64,000 nt of DNA from an uncultured Gemmatimonadaceae bacterium. Its GTDB lineage: Bacteria; Gemmatimonadota; Gemmatimonadetes; Gemmatimonadales; Gemmatimonadaceae. Below, in pieces: positions 20,377 to 31,158 of the stretch (positions are counted from its first letter, which is position 1; each line of letters opens with the position of its first letter). The stretch lies in the NCBI GenBank assembly GCA_963716745.1, contig OY970320.1, forward strand, positions 2,400,001 through 2,464,000, written 5' to 3'. The position numbers and the translations under genes are program-made. The notes beneath the pieces are model-generated. The model had not been told where the DNA came from. It ran no database searches and saw nothing but the letters and a program-made list of their open reading frames with translations.

Positions 20377-23057
20377 CGGAGGTTTTGAATCCTGGGTCGA
20401 CTCCACCTGGTCCAATGCGCACATCGATTTCATACATGATGTCGCGCACCTGCGGCAGCGATTTGAGAAGTTTAATCGCGCGGTCGAGGGCTGCCCGCGT
20501 ACCGTCCGTCTGTATTCGCACGTACTCGGGTATGTATTCCAGGCCCGATGGAATTCCCGTTCCGCCCACGGAGTCGAGCGCCGCCTGAATCGCGCCGGGC
20601 GACGCGCCATAGCGGAACCAGATCGTGATGATCTGTTTGTAGACACCTCCCTCGAACTGCGCGCTATCTGCCTTGGTCCATCGCGGCGGCCCCGAGCCTT
20701 GGTGCCGCGCCTCGACGCGAAAGCGCATGTGGAACGCACGTGGTGCGCCCGGCTGCAACTTCACTTGAACGAATGTCGGCCGAGTCGTCATGCCGGCCGG
20801 GAATTCTGCGAAGCCGCCGCCGATTTGTGTGAGCAAGGCGTCGAAACTCCATCGGGACCCGCTGCGGATCGTCGCGTCGTCCAGCCATCCTCCCGTAGAA
20901 TTCTCGATGAGATATGCGTTCTTGGCGCGGCCCGTGGACTCGTCCTCGGCGGTGATGCTGTCGGTCCATGCGTAGAGCTCAAGTGGCGCAGCGACCGCGC
21001 GCAACCAATTGTTTTGCAGCGCCACCGGTATCCGCAAAGTCGATGTCACGGAATCGAAAGTCGCGGGACCGGCGACGATCGGCACGATCGGGCCGCAGTA
21101 AGGTGAGGAAAGCGCGTCTGTAAGGACGTTGGATTGCCGCACATCGACGCGAATCGTGGCACATCCCGCCGACGATCAGAGGGAACCTCTGATCGTAACG
21201 CGCGGCGCCGCGCTCAGCATCGATCGGCATCGCGAGCTCAACCGTCCGAAAGGCCCGAAGCTTCTGCAGCGCCGCGGCCAGAGCTGCACCGCTCGTATCG
21301 GCCTCGATGCGAATCACGTAGGTGCCGTTCCGCATCGGCAGTCGACGGAAGCCGCCAACGACCACGCCATCGATGGAGTCGACCGCCGCTTGGAGATCCG
21401 CTTGAGGCGCGTTCGGGTCGAATGTCACATCGATGAGATCGTCGAGCACGGGCATCGCACCGAATCCGGCGCGGCCAGCGATCCAGTGCCGCGGTGCGAA
21501 TGCGTTCGGCGGATCGCCGCTTGACGGCGAGATTGCCGGGACCGGATGGGCGTTCTCCGCCATCGCCCGCACGCGGAACGTGAACTCTTCGACCGGCGCA
21601 GAAGAGAGTTGGAACTCCACAACGCGTTCACCGCTCATGGTGCGAGGCATCAGCGTCGGGCGTCCGCCGCTGTCAGGCAGCAGCGTGTCGAAGCGCCAGA
21701 TCTTCGCGCTGGCGAGCGTCAGCGCGCCCTCACCGATCGCCGTGTCCGGATTGAAAAGCTGGACGCGCGGATCCGGCTCGCGCGGGGCCCAGCGGGACCG
21801 TGGAACCGGGGGTGGCGGCGGAGGTGGCGGCCGGCCGCCGGGAGTGAGCGGAGGTCGCGGTGGTATCGGCGGGGGTGACGGCGGGAAGGGAAGCGTGACT
21901 TCAATGCTGTCGTTCCACAGCAGGGCGCGCAGGGGCGCGACCACTTCGCGCTTCCACTCGTTCGTGAGCACCAGGCCAATACGAACAATGCGCTTTTCGT
22001 GATCGAACTCCGCCAGGCTGATCATCACCGGAGCGATCGGGCCACAGCCTGTCCCCGGCACCACGTCTCCGATCGCGCCCGTCTCGGAAAGATTGACGCG
22101 AACCGTCGCACATCCGCGAACCGCAGAGAGGAATAGCGGCGGGCGCGGTTGATCGGGCGCGAGCAACGAGTCGAGGAAGATCGGTCGCACTCCCGTCCAA
22201 CTCTCGTCGGCGGTCCTCCAGCCGAATTGGAATTGGTCGCGACGCGAGAGGATCGGGGCCGCTCCGGTATCGGGCTCGAGTCGAACGTAGTAGGTGCGCG
22301 GATCATTGCCGGATGGCGCCGTGGCGCCGATCACATCGCCCCGCAGCCGGTCGAGAACGAGTTGTCGCTCGACGTACGGCACCTCCGACGGGATCCGCAC
22401 GGCGACAACGTCCGACAGTACGCGACCCGGCAGCCCTTCCGCATCCACGATGACAGGCCCCCTGATCGCGACGTCGCTCGCGGCGACGACCGGGGGATAC
22501 CGCGGGAACACATGCGGATTCTGCGCCTCGGCATGCAGCACTATCGTGAAGTCCGACGCGGCGCCTTCCTCGAGTTTGATCTTGATCGTTCGCGAGCGCG
22601 AACGCTCACCAGGCTGCAAGGTTCCGACGTGCCGCGGAGTCCCGACCAGCGAATCATATCGCCAGAAGTACGACTTGCCGTTCCGCAATGAGGGTGTACC
22701 GAGAGCGGAGTCGGCGTTGGACGGCACGATGTAGTACTCGCGTCCCTTCGGCATGACGCCGCCGTACGTCGCGAGGAAAAAACTGTCCGGCCACGAAATA
22801 AGCCGCGCTGGCGCGACGAGCGGTCGCGTCCAGTTGTTCGTGATAGAAATGGACAACGTGAGGGTGCGCGATCTGGGATCGAACCGCGCGCCGGAATCGA
22901 TGCTGATACCTAGCGGTCTGCCAGGATACCGGGGTGACTGAATCGTCACTCTCGCGGGCGGCGTGATGATGATCTGGAATCGCGCCGAGCCAACGACCGG
23001 AATGGTGGGCGGCGTGGCCACGCCCTGCAGGATCAACGCGAGTGCAACGAGGTGCAT
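20327..23057 (-). CDS. Hypothetical secreted protein with three tandem modules; one frameshift at ~21166 joins the 698-aa and 271-aa ORFs (~909 aa)
   Basis: Hydrophobic N-terminus; repeated FD..L.I...N.W.R...AP..L..W.DS motif; the shifted frame reads GCATIRVDV, matching GCATVRVNL of module 2. Confidence 0.7.
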
Positions 23058-23104
23058 GCCACTAAACGATTGCACTCATCGATCTTGCACAAGCCCGCGC
23101 CTTC

Positions 23105-23138
23105 TAACGTCTAGGTCTAGCGTCTAGGTCTGCAGTTA
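23105..23138. repeat. Short tandem GTCTAG(C) repeat bounded by TAAC...GTTA (element D)
   Basis: TAAC-GTCTAG-GTCTAGC-GTCTAG-GTCTGCA-GTTA; the GTTA includes the deacylase stop codon. Confidence 0.6.
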
Positions 23139-24647
23139 CCTCGGCTCTCGCTTGATCACTTTTCCGGGAAAGGCCCCGCTCGCCTTCCCGTTGTCGTACA
23201 CGACCATGCCGTTCACCCACACGGTGCGGATCCCCGAACTCACCGCGTGCGGGTCCGCCAGCGTCGCGCGGTCGGCCACGGTGCCGGGATCGAACAGCAC
23301 GAGATCCGCGTACATCCCAACGCTCACCCGCCCGCGATCCTTGATCCCCATGTTCGCGGCGGCCAGCGTGGTCATCTTGCGAACGGCCTCCTCGAGCGAC
23401 AGCACGTGCCGCTCGCGCACGTACACGCCGAGCACGCGCGTGAACGCGCCGTAGCCGCGCGGATGCTTGCCGTCGAGTTCGCCGTCGGACGAGATGTTGC
23501 TGTACGGCCATTGCAGAATGGCCTCGATGTCCGGCTCGATCATGCTCGTGCCGATCACGGTCTCCTCGCCGTCGCCGCCCGGCACTTTGCCCGCCGCCTC
23601 GGCGTCGCGGATCAGCGTCATGAGCGCGGTGGTGTCGTCCTCGTGCCGCAGCACCGCGATCTGCTGCAGTGTCTTGCCATCGTACGAGCGGTTCGGGCCG
23701 TAGTGCGTGAGCAGCAGGCCATCGCTCGGCGACACCTGCTCGAGCGCGAACGCCGCGGATTTCCGGTTGTCGAAATCGCGCGCGGGGAAGAGCACGGTGA
23801 GCGTGCTTTGCCAATACGCGTACGGATAGACATCGGCGGTGATGTTGACGCCCTCCGCGCGCGCACGGTTGAGCCGCGCGATGAGCGTGTCGTGCATCCC
23901 CCAGATCGCCTTCATCGCGAGCTTGGTGTGCGACACTTGCACCGGGATGGAGTCGTGGCGGCCGATCGAGATGATCTCGTTGATCGCCGCCCAGAAATAG
24001 CGGTCCTCGCTGCGCACGTGACTGATGTAGCGGCCGTTCAGCTTGGCGAGCGGCTTGTTGAGCGCGAACAGCTCGGTGCTGTCGGAGTAGATGCCCGGAT
24101 CGTACTCGAGCCCGCTCGAGAGGCCTAGCGCGCCGGCCTTCATTTCCTGGTCGAGCAGCTCAGCCATCTTCTCCACTTCTGCCGGTGTGGAGACGCGGCG
24201 GAAATCGGCGCCGAGCACTTTATCGCGCAGCGTGCCGTGCCCCACGTAGCTCGCGATGTTCACTGCGGCGGGCGTCTTCTCGAGCTTCTCGAAGAATCCC
24301 GCGAGCGGGAACACGGAGCCGCCATCCTGGCCGACGATCACCGTGGTGACGCCCTGGCTGACATCCGCGAGCGCGTCGCGATGCTCGAAGATCTGGTCGT
24401 CGGCGTGGCTGTGCGTGTCGATGAATCCGGGCGCGAGCACGAGCCCGCTCGCGATGATCACCGTTTCGCCCTGGCGTTGGTGGAGCTGCCCGATGTCGGC
24501 GATTCGGTCGCCGATGATGCGCACGTCCTGGATCACCGCGGGGCGGCCCGTGCCGTCGAGCACGCGCGCGCCCTCGATGAGCACCGATTGCGAAGCGGCC
24601 GTGGATGCCGCGCAGAGCATGATCGCCGCGATCCAGCGCATGATCAT
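23136..24647 (-). CDS. N-acyl-D-amino-acid deacylase family amidohydrolase, exported
   Basis: PGFIDTHSH, SHVRSE, HPRGYGAF, ADLVLFDP; signal peptide; ATGA overlap with kinase stop. Confidence 0.85.
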   Translation of the reverse strand: MIMRWIAAIMLCAASTAASQSVLIEGARVLDGTGRPAVIQDVRIIGDRIADIGQLHQRQGETVIIASGLVLAPGFIDTHSHADDQIFEHRDALADVSQGVTTVIVGQDGGSVFPLAGFFEKLEKTPAAVNIASYVGHGTLRDKVLGADFRRVSTPAEVEKMAELLDQEMKAGALGLSSGLEYDPGIYSDSTELFALNKPLAKLNGRYISHVRSEDRYFWAAINEIISIGRHDSIPVQVSHTKLAMKAIWGMHDTLIARLNRARAEGVNITADVYPYAYWQSTLTVLFPARDFDNRKSAAFALEQVSPSDGLLLTHYGPNRSYDGKTLQQIAVLRHEDDTTALMTLIRDAEAAGKVPGGDGEETVIGTSMIEPDIEAILQWPYSNISSDGELDGKHPRGYGAFTRVLGVYVRERHVLSLEEAVRKMTTLAAANMGIKDRGRVSVGMYADLVLFDPGTVADRATLADPHAVSSGIRTVWVNGMVVYDNGKASGAFPGKVIKREPR

Positions 24648-27550
24648 TGTCCGGTGGGGACTTTCGTGCGCGACGCGCTCTCTGCACCGAGCCGTTTCAG
24701 GCCGGCGTGCGCTTCGGCGACGATAGGTTGGAGTGATGAGTCCGCATTCACCCACATGTCGACGACCAAGCCGTATGCGATGATAGCCTGTTGTTTGTCG
24801 CCGAGCTGCTCGGCGAGCTTGCCACGCTCGAACTGCAGCAGGCCATAGGCGCCGGTAGCGGACGTGAACATGCGCCGGTTCACGAGCGCGAGCGCGTCGC
24901 GCTGGCGTCCCTGGGCCGCCATCAACTGCGCGTGCGTAAGACGGATCATGTAGCAATCCCGGCAGGTGGTGTCCGACAGGGCATCGAGCGCGCGGAGCGC
25001 CCCCGCCGAATCACGGCGGGCGAGCAGCAGCATCCCGTTGGCGACGCCCGACTGCATGCGCAGCCGGCTGCCCTTGAATGGACTGGAATCGGCCTTCGCC
25101 ATGGAGTCGAGGAGATGGACGCTGAGCTTGAGACTCGAGGTGTCACCGCGGATCGCCCACCACGGCAGATAGAAGCGCAGCCCAGCGCGTGCGCGCAACG
25201 TCGCGGCGCCGGCGGCGTCGCACTCCGCGGCCGCCGCCGCGCCCGATACGCACCACTCGGCGGCATGGAGCGTGCGGATCTCCGCTTCCGTGAACGGGCG
25301 GCCGAAGGTGAGCCGGAAGAGCGAGTCCGACTCGCGCGCGTGCCCGCGCTGCGCCAACGTCGCTCCGATCCCCTGCAAATTGTTGTTCCGCTCCGCGGCC
25401 GGCTGCGTCATGACCGTTGGCAGGGAAGCCATGGCGAGGCGAACGGTGGTCTCTTTCGCATCGAGCATGTCGACGGAGCTGACGCTCGCGAGGAATCCAG
25501 TCGTGAAGCTCATCGTGTCGACCGCGGCCTGCATCGCCGGCTTCCAGGCTGACGCGGGGTCGGCCGCGAGCGCGATCAAGCGCATCGCGTCCGCCTGCTG
25601 ACCTCTCGGCGCCACGACCGCGAAATCGGCGAGCAGCTTTCGCGCGAGCGCCGGCTGCCCGGTGGCGAACGCCACCTCGATGGCGTGGATGTACGCCGGC
25701 GCATACGCGGAATCCAGCGCGATGGCGCGCTGCTCGGCGTCGAGCACCGTGCTGAGCGGCACCTCAATGTCGCCGCCGATCGCGATGTGCTCGCGCACCT
25801 CGGCGAGTCCGTGCCAGGTCTCAGGATCGTCCGGATAGCGGCGAACAGCGTCGTTCGCCAGCTTCACTAGTTCCTTGCTGCGGGTGAAGTAATCGGGCGG
25901 TGTGTTGCCAATGTCGCCGAACAACGCGCTGGCCGCGACGAGCAGGCTCTCGCGTGGTGCCAAGCCGTGATTGTATCGGCCGGCTCTGATCTCCAGTTCG
26001 TTCGACGCCACGTCGGCGGTGCCCTTGGTCCAGCCGCCTACTATCGAGAGCCGGACGAGGGCGAGTGCGAAGGTGGAGTCGAGCGCGATCGCACGCTGAT
26101 ATGCGACGGCGGCCGAGTCCCACTGCGCATGACGGTAGAACTGCTCGCCCTGCAGGAACGCCTTGATCGCGGCGAGCGACGACGAGCCGATGGATGAGAG
26201 CTTGGCGCCGCCGCGCGACGGGCCGAGTTCGCGCAGCAGCCCCAGCGAGAGCGAATCGGTGAGCCGGTCCATCTGCGACGCCAGATCCTTGCGCTCGATC
26301 TCGGCGATCGGGCGGCCGCTCTTCGCGTCCACGATCGATGCGCGGATGCGCACGGAGTCCTTGCCGCTGGCCACGAGCGAGCCGGTGACGACGAGGCGGG
26401 CGCCGGTCGCGCGGCCGAGCTCGGACGCCGACGCGGCGTCGTCGCGTCCGGACCAGCGGCGGATGACGATCGTAGGCGGCACCGCGCGCAGCGCGCCAGC
26501 GCCGTCGAAGTTGCGCGAGAGGACATCGACGAGCCCTTCGTGCCAGAGCGCGAGCGCGGGGTCGAGCACCTGGAACGGCGCGACCGCGATCACGTCGGAG
26601 TCGAGCGTCTTCGTGGAGCGCGCGGTCACCACGAGCGCGGCGACGGCCGCCGCGGCCGCCGCGGCCACGCCGCCGATGATCCGCTTGCGCGAAGCGGACA
26701 TCGGCGTCGCGGACTGCGAAGCGAGCGCATCGCGGAACGCCCCCGCCGTCGCGAAGCGCTGCGCCGGATCCTTCGCGAGCGCTTTCGCGATCGCCGCGCT
26801 CACGTGAGCGGGCACGTCCTTGCGCTGCGACGTGACCGCGGGCGGCGCATCGCGGAGGTGCGCCGCGAGCACCGCCTGCGCAGTGGGTCCGCTGAACGGC
26901 GGCACGCCCACGAGCATCTCATAGCCCACCACCGCGAGCGCGTACACATCGGAGCGCGGATCCACGCCCTTGTCGCCGCTTGCCTGTTCGGGACTCATGT
27001 AGCCGGGTGTGCCAATGCCCATGCCGGTGCCGGTGAGCGCGCCGCCGCTGCGTGCGGAATCGAGCGCGTGTGCGACGCCAAAATCGGCGAGCACCGCGTG
27101 CTTGCCCTCGAGCAGGATGTTCTCGGGTTTGATGTCGCGGTGCACGACGCCCGCCGCGTGCGAGAAATCGAGCGCGTCGGCGACCTCGGTGAGGATGCGT
27201 ACCGCGTCGCTCACCGGCAGCGGCCGTTCGCGCATGAGCCGGTGCCGCAGCGATTCACCCTCGACATACGGCATGACGTAGAAGAGCAGCCCGTCCTTCG
27301 AGCCGGCGGAGAGGATGGGCAAGACGTGTGGATGCTGCAGGTGCGCGGCGACCTCGATCTCGCGCTTGAAGCGCGCGGCGCTCACTTCGCTCGCGAATTC
27401 CGGCGGCAAGAGCTTCACCACGACGCGGCGGTTGAGCGATGCCTCGGTGGCGAGGAAGAGGCGGCTCATACCTCCGCCGCCGATCTCGCGTTCCACATGA
27501 TACGTATCGCCCAGCGCCGTCTGCAGCTGGGACATGAGGCCTTCGGTCAC
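24644..27550 (-). CDS. Hanks-type Ser/Thr protein kinase with TM, TolB-N-like and TPR-like regions
   Basis: GGGGMS, VVVK, HRDIKPEN, DFG, GTPGYMSPEQ; helical repeats in C-terminal half. Confidence 0.92.
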   Translation of the reverse strand: MTEGLMSQLQTALGDTYHVEREIGGGGMSRLFLATEASLNRRVVVKLLPPEFASEVSAARFKREIEVAAHLQHPHVLPILSAGSKDGLLFYVMPYVEGESLRHRLMRERPLPVSDAVRILTEVADALDFSHAAGVVHRDIKPENILLEGKHAVLADFGVAHALDSARSGGALTGTGMGIGTPGYMSPEQASGDKGVDPRSDVYALAVVGYEMLVGVPPFSGPTAQAVLAAHLRDAPPAVTSQRKDVPAHVSAAIAKALAKDPAQRFATAGAFRDALASQSATPMSASRKRIIGGVAAAAAAAVAALVVTARSTKTLDSDVIAVAPFQVLDPALALWHEGLVDVLSRNFDGAGALRAVPPTIVIRRWSGRDDAASASELGRATGARLVVTGSLVASGKDSVRIRASIVDAKSGRPIAEIERKDLASQMDRLTDSLSLGLLRELGPSRGGAKLSSIGSSSLAAIKAFLQGEQFYRHAQWDSAAVAYQRAIALDSTFALALVRLSIVGGWTKGTADVASNELEIRAGRYNHGLAPRESLLVAASALFGDIGNTPPDYFTRSKELVKLANDAVRRYPDDPETWHGLAEVREHIAIGGDIEVPLSTVLDAEQRAIALDSAYAPAYIHAIEVAFATGQPALARKLLADFAVVAPRGQQADAMRLIALAADPASAWKPAMQAAVDTMSFTTGFLASVSSVDMLDAKETTVRLAMASLPTVMTQPAAERNNNLQGIGATLAQRGHARESDSLFRLTFGRPFTEAEIRTLHAAEWCVSGAAAAAECDAAGAATLRARAGLRFYLPWWAIRGDTSSLKLSVHLLDSMAKADSSPFKGSRLRMQSGVANGMLLLARRDSAGALRALDALSDTTCRDCYMIRLTHAQLMAAQGRQRDALALVNRRMFTSATGAYGLLQFERGKLAEQLGDKQQAIIAYGLVVDMWVNADSSLQPIVAEAHAGLKRLGAESASRTKVPTGQ

Positions 27551-27620
27551 TGCGTGGATCGCTCCGGGATGAGTGACTCCAATATGCGCGTTCGTCCGTC
27601 GCGGCGGAACGGGAGCGCGG

Positions 27621-28751
27621 TCACTTCAGGAGCTGCGCAACCCACTCGCCCGCGTAGTAGCCGATGACCGCGACGCCGAGTCCCACGACGAGCATGTCGA
27701 ACCCCGAGCGGAACACGCCGCGTCCGGTGAACACCGAGCGCGCACCGCCCACGAGGAAGTGCGATAGCATCGCGACCGCGAACGACGTGATCATTGCGGG
27801 CAGGCCGGTGAAGAACAGGAAGGGCAACACTGGAATGAGCGCGCCTACCGCGGTCGCCATGCCGGTGATCCACCCTTCGCGCAACGGCGACAGCGTCATT
27901 TCGCCGATCTTCAATTCCTCCTGCACCTGTTCGTGCAGCATGCGCTGCGGGTCCTTCATGACTTCCGACGCGAGCGAGTGCGCCGCCTCGCGGTTCATCC
28001 CCTTCGCCTCGTAGATGAGCGCCAACTCGTCGCGCTCCACCTCGGGCATCAGCTCCACTTCGGTCTTCTCCATCGCGATCTCGTGCTCGTACACTTCGCG
28101 CTCGCTCTTCGCCGCGAGATAGCCGCTGGCGCCCATCGACAGCGCATCGGCGATGATGCCGGCCACGCCCGCGAGCACCACGGTGTAGTGCTGCGCCGCG
28201 GCGGTGGCGCCGATCATCCCGGCGACGAGCCCGAAGTTCGCGGTGAGCCCATCGTTGAACCCGTACACGACGTTCCGCAGCAGCCCGCCGCTCTCGGCGC
28301 GGTGCCAGGGCTCGCCGGCGCGGCCCGCGATCGTGCCGAGGGTGGTCGCGTGATCCGCGCTCTCGCGCGCGAGCGTGAGCGCTTCGCTCTTGCCGGCGAC
28401 GCCCGCCGGCGTCTCGCGGTGCATCGCGAGATAGCCCTTCACCTCGCGCCCTTCCTCCGCGAGCAGCATGGGCAAAAGGAACTTGGGGCCGAAGCTCCGA
28501 CCCAGGAACGCGAGAACGCGCGCGCGGCCGCTGGGCCGGAATGGCTTGGGCGGCATGCCGCCCCGCGTCAGCAGATCGCCCCAGATCGTGACGTGCCGCT
28601 CCTCCACCTCCGCGAGTCTCAGGTAGAGGTCTTTCTTCTTGGCGTCGGATTCCGCGCCACTCAGGATACGATAGAGGAAGGCGGCGTCCGCTTCGTCCTG
28701 CCAATGGTGGGCGAAGGTGTGCAGGTCGGGCTGGACCGTGGGCTCAGGCAT
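27621..28751 (-). CDS. VIT1/CCC1 iron/manganese transporter with N-terminal ferritin-like domain
   Basis: DEADAAFLY...EERH; VYGFNDGL, SMGASGYLA motifs. Confidence 0.9.
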   Translation of the reverse strand: MPEPTVQPDLHTFAHHWQDEADAAFLYRILSGAESDAKKKDLYLRLAEVEERHVTIWGDLLTRGGMPPKPFRPSGRARVLAFLGRSFGPKFLLPMLLAEEGREVKGYLAMHRETPAGVAGKSEALTLARESADHATTLGTIAGRAGEPWHRAESGGLLRNVVYGFNDGLTANFGLVAGMIGATAAAQHYTVVLAGVAGIIADALSMGASGYLAAKSEREVYEHEIAMEKTEVELMPEVERDELALIYEAKGMNREAAHSLASEVMKDPQRMLHEQVQEELKIGEMTLSPLREGWITGMATAVGALIPVLPFLFFTGLPAMITSFAVAMLSHFLVGGARSVFTGRGVFRSGFDMLVVGLGVAVIGYYAGEWVAQLLK

Positions 28752-28878
28752 GGCGCAATATCGCACCCCTGTGAAGGGTCGGGAACGGGGCCACTACCGA
28801 ACGGCAACCCCCGGGGGCCGTCCGGTGACCTATCATCGACAGCGCAGGCCAATTCCTTCCACTGCTCGAGAGGCTCCT

Positions 28879-30291
28879 ATGCGGTCCACCGCACTGATGC
28901 TCGGTTTGTTCACCGTCGCGCTGGGCGCGCAGGCACAGGTCGTCACGCCCGACGCGACGCCGGCGCCGACGCCGCGCTCCTCCAATTACCGGTTCGTGCG
29001 CTCCGACGACATGGGCGACCGGGCGGTGCTCGGCATCAATACGTCGGGCGGCGGCAAGCGCGACACGCTCGGCTTGCTGATCACCAGCGTGACGCCGAAC
29101 GGGCCCGCGGAGAAGGCGGGGCTCACGGAGGGCGACCGGATCGTCTCCGTGAACGGCACATCGCTCAAGGTCGCGCCGGCCAATGCGGGCGAGCCGGAGA
29201 TGAACGGCCTGATGTCGCGCCGTCTGGTGCGCACGATGTCAGACCTGAAGGCGGGCGATGAAGTGACGCTCGTGGTCTACAGCAACGGCAGCACGAAGAC
29301 GGTGAAGGTGAAGACCATCGCGATGGACGATCTGAACGAGGGCAGCATGAAGAAGAAGTCCAGCGACCGCGCGGCGGTGGGCCTGGGCTTCGGCGGCGGA
29401 AGCATTCGCGACACGCTCGGACTGTTCGTGGAGAGCGTGACCGCGGGCGGGCCGTCGGACAAGGCGGGGATCCAGGAAGGGATGCGCATCGCCGCGATCA
29501 ATGGCGTGGACATGCGCGTGCCGGCCGCGGATGCCGCGGACGCCGAGGATGGTTCGCTGGTGTGGGCGAAGCAGGGCCGCTTCACGCGCACGCTGAGCGC
29601 GCTCACTCCCGGCGACGTCGTGGAACTGAAGGTGTGGACGGACGGGAGCTACAAGACCTTCAAGGTCACGACCGTGAAGTCGAGTGACCTGTACGGGAAG
29701 AACTCGAACGCGTGGAGCAAGTATGCGGAGGATATGGCGAACATGTCGCGGCGCGTGAACGTTGCGATCGCCCCAATGCCGCCAATGCCTCCCATGGCGC
29801 CAATGGCGCCAATGGCTCCGATGGCGCCCATGCGCATGAACTATGATTACGCTCCGGGTTCCACGATGACGTGCAACACGATCGGGGACGGCACGGTGAT
29901 CTGCCGGAGCAACGGCGGCAACTCGAAGGCCGCGGCGCGCGCACGCTCGAACTCGAGCTACGGCTATGGCTCGTCAGCGGCGCCCAGGGCGGCGGTCATG
30001 AGCGACGACGACAACAGCGACTCCGACATCAATTTTCCCGGCCTGCGCATGACCACCGTGACCGACGAGCTCGCGAGCTATTTCGGCGCGGGCAGTGAGA
30101 ACGGACTGCTGGTGCTCGAAGCGTCCGATGAATGGTCGCCCGTGAAGACGGGCGACGTCGTGCTCACGCTGAACGGGCGCGCCGTGGTGAAGAACAAGAC
30201 GACGTCAGTCTCGCTCGACACGGGCCGCGACAACACGTTCGTGGTGCTGCGCAAGGCGAAGAAGATCACGGTGGTGGTGAAGGCGCACTAA
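28879..30291 (+). CDS. Exported multi-PDZ protein (no protease domain)
   Basis: Signal peptide; two paralogous PDZ domains (RDTLGL..SVT..GP..KAG..G.RI..NG) and a degenerate third. Confidence 0.8.
   Translation: MRSTALMLGLFTVALGAQAQVVTPDATPAPTPRSSNYRFVRSDDMGDRAVLGINTSGGGKRDTLGLLITSVTPNGPAEKAGLTEGDRIVSVNGTSLKVAPANAGEPEMNGLMSRRLVRTMSDLKAGDEVTLVVYSNGSTKTVKVKTIAMDDLNEGSMKKKSSDRAAVGLGFGGGSIRDTLGLFVESVTAGGPSDKAGIQEGMRIAAINGVDMRVPAADAADAEDGSLVWAKQGRFTRTLSALTPGDVVELKVWTDGSYKTFKVTTVKSSDLYGKNSNAWSKYAEDMANMSRRVNVAIAPMPPMPPMAPMAPMAPMAPMRMNYDYAPGSTMTCNTIGDGTVICRSNGGNSKAAARARSNSSYGYGSSAAPRAAVMSDDDNSDSDINFPGLRMTTVTDELASYFGAGSENGLLVLEASDEWSPVKTGDVVLTLNGRAVVKNKTTSVSLDTGRDNTFVVLRKAKKITVVVKAH
29770..29832 (+). 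repeat. Coding 9-bp tandem repeat, (A/P)PM x7
   Basis: Encodes APMPPMPPMAPMAPMAPMAPM. Confidence 0.85.
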
Positions 30292-30386
30292 CGACAACTG
30301 CGGGCTGTTGGCTGTCGGCTGTCGGAAACTGCGAACCCATGCTCGCAGTTAGCGACAGTCGACAGCCGACAGCCCGCCGTTGTCGT
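30291..30386. repeat. Fold-back element E, 44-bp arms with GGCTGTC heptamers
   Basis: 30291-30334 pairs with 30343-30386 (5 mismatches); fills the gap between two convergent stop codons. Confidence 0.9.
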
Positions 30387-31158
30387 CTAGAAGTGTCCCG
30401 CATTCCACGTGAGCCCCGCGAATATCGAGTGCGGTTGGGGGCCGCTCACCGGGAAGATCACGCCGGCGTCGAGCACGAACCAATCGTGCATCTGGAATGT
30501 GGGCGCCACGAGCAATCCGACGAGCGGCCCTTCGCTGCCGGCGCCGCTGGTGCCCGGGTAACCGTACAGCTCGGCGGTCCACCCGAAATTCCCACGCACA
30601 GGCCCGCCGGTAGACACAGTCCAGAGCGTCGCCGAGATGCGGGAAGTCACCGCTCGTGATCGGAATGAAGGCACCGAAGTTCAGATCGAGTTCCACCGGC
30701 CCGATCTTCTGGCTGGAGATGAGCAAGAGCGAGCCCACATAGTCATCCGAGGTGAACGCTGCGGCGCCGACGGGAAGCCGCAGCGCCGGCTGGATCGCGA
30801 AGGCCCCGAATAGCGGCAGTGAATCCGTGACCCGCCATTTGAACGCGAGCACGAGATCGCTGAATCCCTGCGCCGTGCTCCCTCCGCTTTGACTCGCCCA
30901 CGAGAACGTCGCTTCGATCTGCGTGCGATGCGTGATCCCCACCTTGTACGTCGTGGGCGTGGAGAACGTCTCGGTGCCGGCGAGTTCGTCGAGTTCCAAT
31001 CCGAACTCCACCTCCGAATACCCGGGCCAGACGGTGTACGCGTGCGTGGCCACGGTGGGCCGTTCGGGTTGCGCGCTGTGCGGATCGGTGGATTCCTGCG
31101 CGTCGCCGGCCGCGGCGACGATCACGATCAGCGCGGCGAGCGCCGCGCCGCGGCGCAT
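30387..31158 (-). CDS. Outer-membrane channel of the COG4313/Phenol_MetA_deg 'transporter' type, frameshift ~30640
   Basis: Signal peptide, ERPT N-terminal motif, GFSDLVLAFKW, C-terminal IFAGLTW. Confidence 0.65.

Noticed and set aside
20327..23100. Prophage or integrative element at leuS
   Set aside because: No integrase, att repeat or phage genes; only one atypical gene.
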